Source: Microcoleus sp. | GTDB lineage: Bacteria; Cyanobacteriota; Cyanobacteriia; Cyanobacteriales; Microcoleaceae | NCBI GenBank assembly: GCA_052279835.1 | Contig: CP181291.1 | Location: forward strand, 2,304,001 to 2,368,000 | Direction of reading: 5' to 3' | Length of the DNA stretch: 64,000 bases | In this document: positions 61,473-64,000 of the stretch, in pieces | Position numbering within the stretch: position 1 is the first letter of the stretch | Layout: every line of letters starts with the position of its first letter | Made by a program: the position numbers and the translations under genes | Notes under the pieces: generated by a model | Database searches by the model: none | What the model saw: only the letters and a program-made list of their open reading frames with translations | Told to the model about the DNA's origin: nothing

Positions 61473-63167
61473 GTGTTAACGTCTAACCACTCGATAAAAG
61501 TTTTGTTGGTGGAGGATAACCTCGCAGATGCGACTCTGATTGAAGACCTTTTAGGGTCATTCAGTGACGCTACATTTCTTCTTGAAATTGTTAAGTCTAT
61601 GGAGCAGGGAATACAATGTCTGCAAACAGCAGAGTTTGATGCCATACTATTAGATTTGTCCGTGGAAGATTGTTTGGAGGGAAGCGATCCGATCGCGATG
61701 CTGAAAGCCCGATCGCCCACAGTGCCAATTGTGGTACTAACAGATATGAATGATGAACATACGGCACTGTCAGTATTGCGATCGGGCGCTCAAGATTGTT
61801 TGGTGAAGGGCAGATTTCATAGAACTCTTCTGGTGCGGGCAATCCACTATGCGATCGAACGGCAACGCATAGAGGAACAATTGCGACAACAAGCCCAAAG
61901 AGAGCGACTTTTGGCTAAAATGATCGAAAATATTCGCTCGTCCATCGACGCTACAAGTATTCTCCACAGTACCGTGGCAGAAGTACGTCAATTTCTGAAA
62001 ACAGACCGGGTTTTAATTTATCGCTGTCACAATTCTGGGACACCACTCGACAGTGAAGAGCAAAAATGCGAGATTGTCGCAGGTGACGGATTGCCACAAG
62101 GTTATATTGAAAACCAAAATATTTGTTCTGCTTTGGCGGTATCTTGTCTTTTTTTGGCGGAGTCTCAGTCGGTACAAGCAATATCAGATGTGAGTGGGAT
62201 GGAATTGACGGGTAGTTCTAAAAAATTGCTGACTGATTGTGAAATTGCAGCAGTTTTAAGCGTTCCTATCTGGCAATTTGAAGACAAGGAAGCTACCAAG
62301 AAAATATCTTCAGGCTCTAGGGGGGAAGAAGAACAAGAGGAGGATTATACCGAAGATTTAATGACGCTGCTGTGTGGTGGGATACCGCAGGGAATGCTCA
62401 AAAATGAATCTGAGTCTGGCACAGAAAATAAAAATTATTTGTGGGGAACGCTGACAGCATACAATTGTACTGGAGCTAGGCAGTGGCAGGCATGGGAAAT
62501 AGAATTTTTAACACATTTGGCAAATCAAGTGGCGATCGCGATCGAACAATCTGAACTTTACCGCAAGTTAGCAATTGCCAACCAAAAATTGCAGCAACTA
62601 GCAACTACAGACGCACTGACACGGATTGCTAACCGCCGCCAGTTCGATCGAATTTTGATGTTGGAGTGGCGTAGGCTAGCAAGAGAGGAATTGCCGCTGT
62701 CTTTGATCCTGCTTGACATCGACTTTTTTAAATCTTACAACGACTTTTACGGGCATCTTGCCGGCGACGACTGCTTGTATCAAGTGGCTGGGGCGATCGC
62801 CTCTGCTGTCAAGCGGGCTGGAGATTTGCCAGCCCGTTATGGTGGCGAAGAATTTGCCGTACTACTCCCCAACACTGGAGCCGAAGGAGCCCACGTTGTC
62901 GCCCGGACAATTTGCGATCGCCTCGATGCGCTAAAACTCCCCCACGCGCGATCGGAAATCGAGCCCTACGTTACCCTCAGTTGTGGGATTGCTACCACGA
63001 TTCCTGCTCCTGAGCGCTCTCCCGACAGCCTAATTCACAGTGCTGACAGCGCTCTCTATCAAGCTAAAACTGAAGGCAAAAATCGCATTTGTCACGCCAG
63101 CAACAACCCTCACTCCTCGGCTAACAAACCCCCAGATTTATCCCTAGAGTCCGTTTCTTCAATCTGA
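61473..63167 (+). CDS. REC-GAF-GGDEF diguanylate cyclase
   Basis: Motifs LLVEDN, D.LT.IANRR, DIDFFK.YND.YGH..GD, RAGD I-site, RYGGEEF. Confidence 0.92.
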   Translation: MLTSNHSIKVLLVEDNLADATLIEDLLGSFSDATFLLEIVKSMEQGIQCLQTAEFDAILLDLSVEDCLEGSDPIAMLKARSPTVPIVVLTDMNDEHTALSVLRSGAQDCLVKGRFHRTLLVRAIHYAIERQRIEEQLRQQAQRERLLAKMIENIRSSIDATSILHSTVAEVRQFLKTDRVLIYRCHNSGTPLDSEEQKCEIVAGDGLPQGYIENQNICSALAVSCLFLAESQSVQAISDVSGMELTGSSKKLLTDCEIAAVLSVPIWQFEDKEATKKISSGSRGEEEQEEDYTEDLMTLLCGGIPQGMLKNESESGTENKNYLWGTLTAYNCTGARQWQAWEIEFLTHLANQVAIAIEQSELYRKLAIANQKLQQLATTDALTRIANRRQFDRILMLEWRRLAREELPLSLILLDIDFFKSYNDFYGHLAGDDCLYQVAGAIASAVKRAGDLPARYGGEEFAVLLPNTGAEGAHVVARTICDRLDALKLPHARSEIEPYVTLSCGIATTIPAPERSPDSLIHSADSALYQAKTEGKNRICHASNNPHSSANKPPDLSLESVSSI

Positions 63168-63201
63168 AATCTCAAATCCCTTCACTGTCTAAAATCTGAA
63201 A

Positions 63202-63999
63202 TCACAAATCTAAAATCGCTTGACGAATCGGTATTTCGATCGCAAATTCTGTCCCCACCCCTAACTGAGAATTACACTCCAAAGTTCCGTGATGTTTTTC
63301 AACTACGATTTCATAACTAATAGCCAATCCCAATCCCGTACCTTTTCCCACAGGTTTCGTAGTAAAAAAAGGATCGAACAACCGCTGCTTTACTGATTCG
63401 GGAATGCCAGTACCGCTATCTGCAAACGTAATTCTCACCCGCTCCTCATCCACAACTTCTGTGTGAATCTTAATTGTATAAACAGAGGATTCAGCATCAG
63501 CGGATTCCAGTTCTTTAGCCTTTTCTTCCAAAGCATCAATCGCATTGCTCAACAAGTTCATAAACACCTGATTTAATTGACCAGAGTAACATTCAACCAA
63601 GGGTAAATCGCCGTACTCTTTAATTAGCGAAATAGTAGCTTGTTCCCGTTTTTGCTTCAAACGGTGAGCCAAAATCATCAAAGTGCTGTCAATGCCTGCA
63701 TGAATATTAACCGCCTTAAATTCTGCTTCGTCAAGGCGAGAAAAAGTCCGTAAAGATTTAACAATTTCCTGAATTCTCTCGGCTCCAACTTCCATGGAAT
63801 CCAACAGCTTCGGCAAATCTTCACGGATAAAATCTAATTCGCATTCTTCAAGTTCTGCCTCAATTTCTGCCGTAGGTTTAGGGTAAGCTACACGGTAAAG
63901 TTCCAGAATTTTTAGCAAATCCTTGGTATAATCTTTGGCATAGGTAATATTACCAAAAATAAAACTGACAGGATTATTGATTTCGTGGGCGACTCCAGC
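63202..63999 (-). CDS. Histidine kinase, C-terminal part (gene starts beyond the window)
   Basis: Frame is open to the window edge: AGVAHEINNPV...QLNQVFMNLLSNA...FFTTKPVGKGTGLGL. Confidence 0.9.
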   Translation of the reverse strand, partial: AGVAHEINNPVSFIFGNITYAKDYTKDLLKILELYRVAYPKPTAEIEAELEECELDFIREDLPKLLDSMEVGAERIQEIVKSLRTFSRLDEAEFKAVNIHAGIDSTLMILAHRLKQKREQATISLIKEYGDLPLVECYSGQLNQVFMNLLSNAIDALEEKAKELESADAESSVYTIKIHTEVVDEERVRITFADSGTGIPESVKQRLFDPFFTTKPVGKGTGLGLAISYEIVVEKHHGTLECNSQLGVGTEFAIEIPIRQAILDL

Positions 64000-64000
64000 A

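Overview
Chromosomal window from a filamentous cyanobacterium, most likely Oscillatoriales (Microcoleus/Tychonema-like). This rests on dense HIP1 (GCGATCGC) sites, 7-mer tandem repeats, hetZ/patU, xisH/xisI, Uma2, a PEP-CTERM protein and an SLH porin. Contents from left to right: (1) an accessory edge at 1-2.3 kb with a hydrophobic ORF, a HIP1-bracketed gene pair resembling a Tse2-type ADP-ribosyltransferase toxin plus a Tsi2-like immunity protein, a Uma2 remnant and a PG-binding muramidase; (2) GT4, sugar transferase, gmd and fcl, with a divergent porin; (3) a candidate sRNA, rqcH, GIY-YIG protein, aldo/keto reductase, ABC-2 permease and an orphan radical SAM enzyme; (4) a livKHMGF operon interrupted at every junction (repeats, xisHI, frameshifted Uma2, methyltransferase, PIN toxin-antitoxin pair, PEP-CTERM gene); (5) a 1827-aa hybrid kinase and a stand-alone DXCF cyanobacteriochrome GAF; (6) an oxidoreductase, two GT2s, dps, the ycf46-ycf35 operon, a transglutaminase, hetZ with a frameshift-split patU, and sds; (7) an unannotated 52-aa membrane peptide and an IS200/IS605-like end; (8) a ~14 kb two-component cluster that includes a diguanylate cyclase. 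Several REP/MITE-like repeat families are present, two copies of them in frame inside genes. No rRNA, tRNA, CRISPR array or intact transposase was seen. All family assignments come from motif recognition by eye; no database searches were run.
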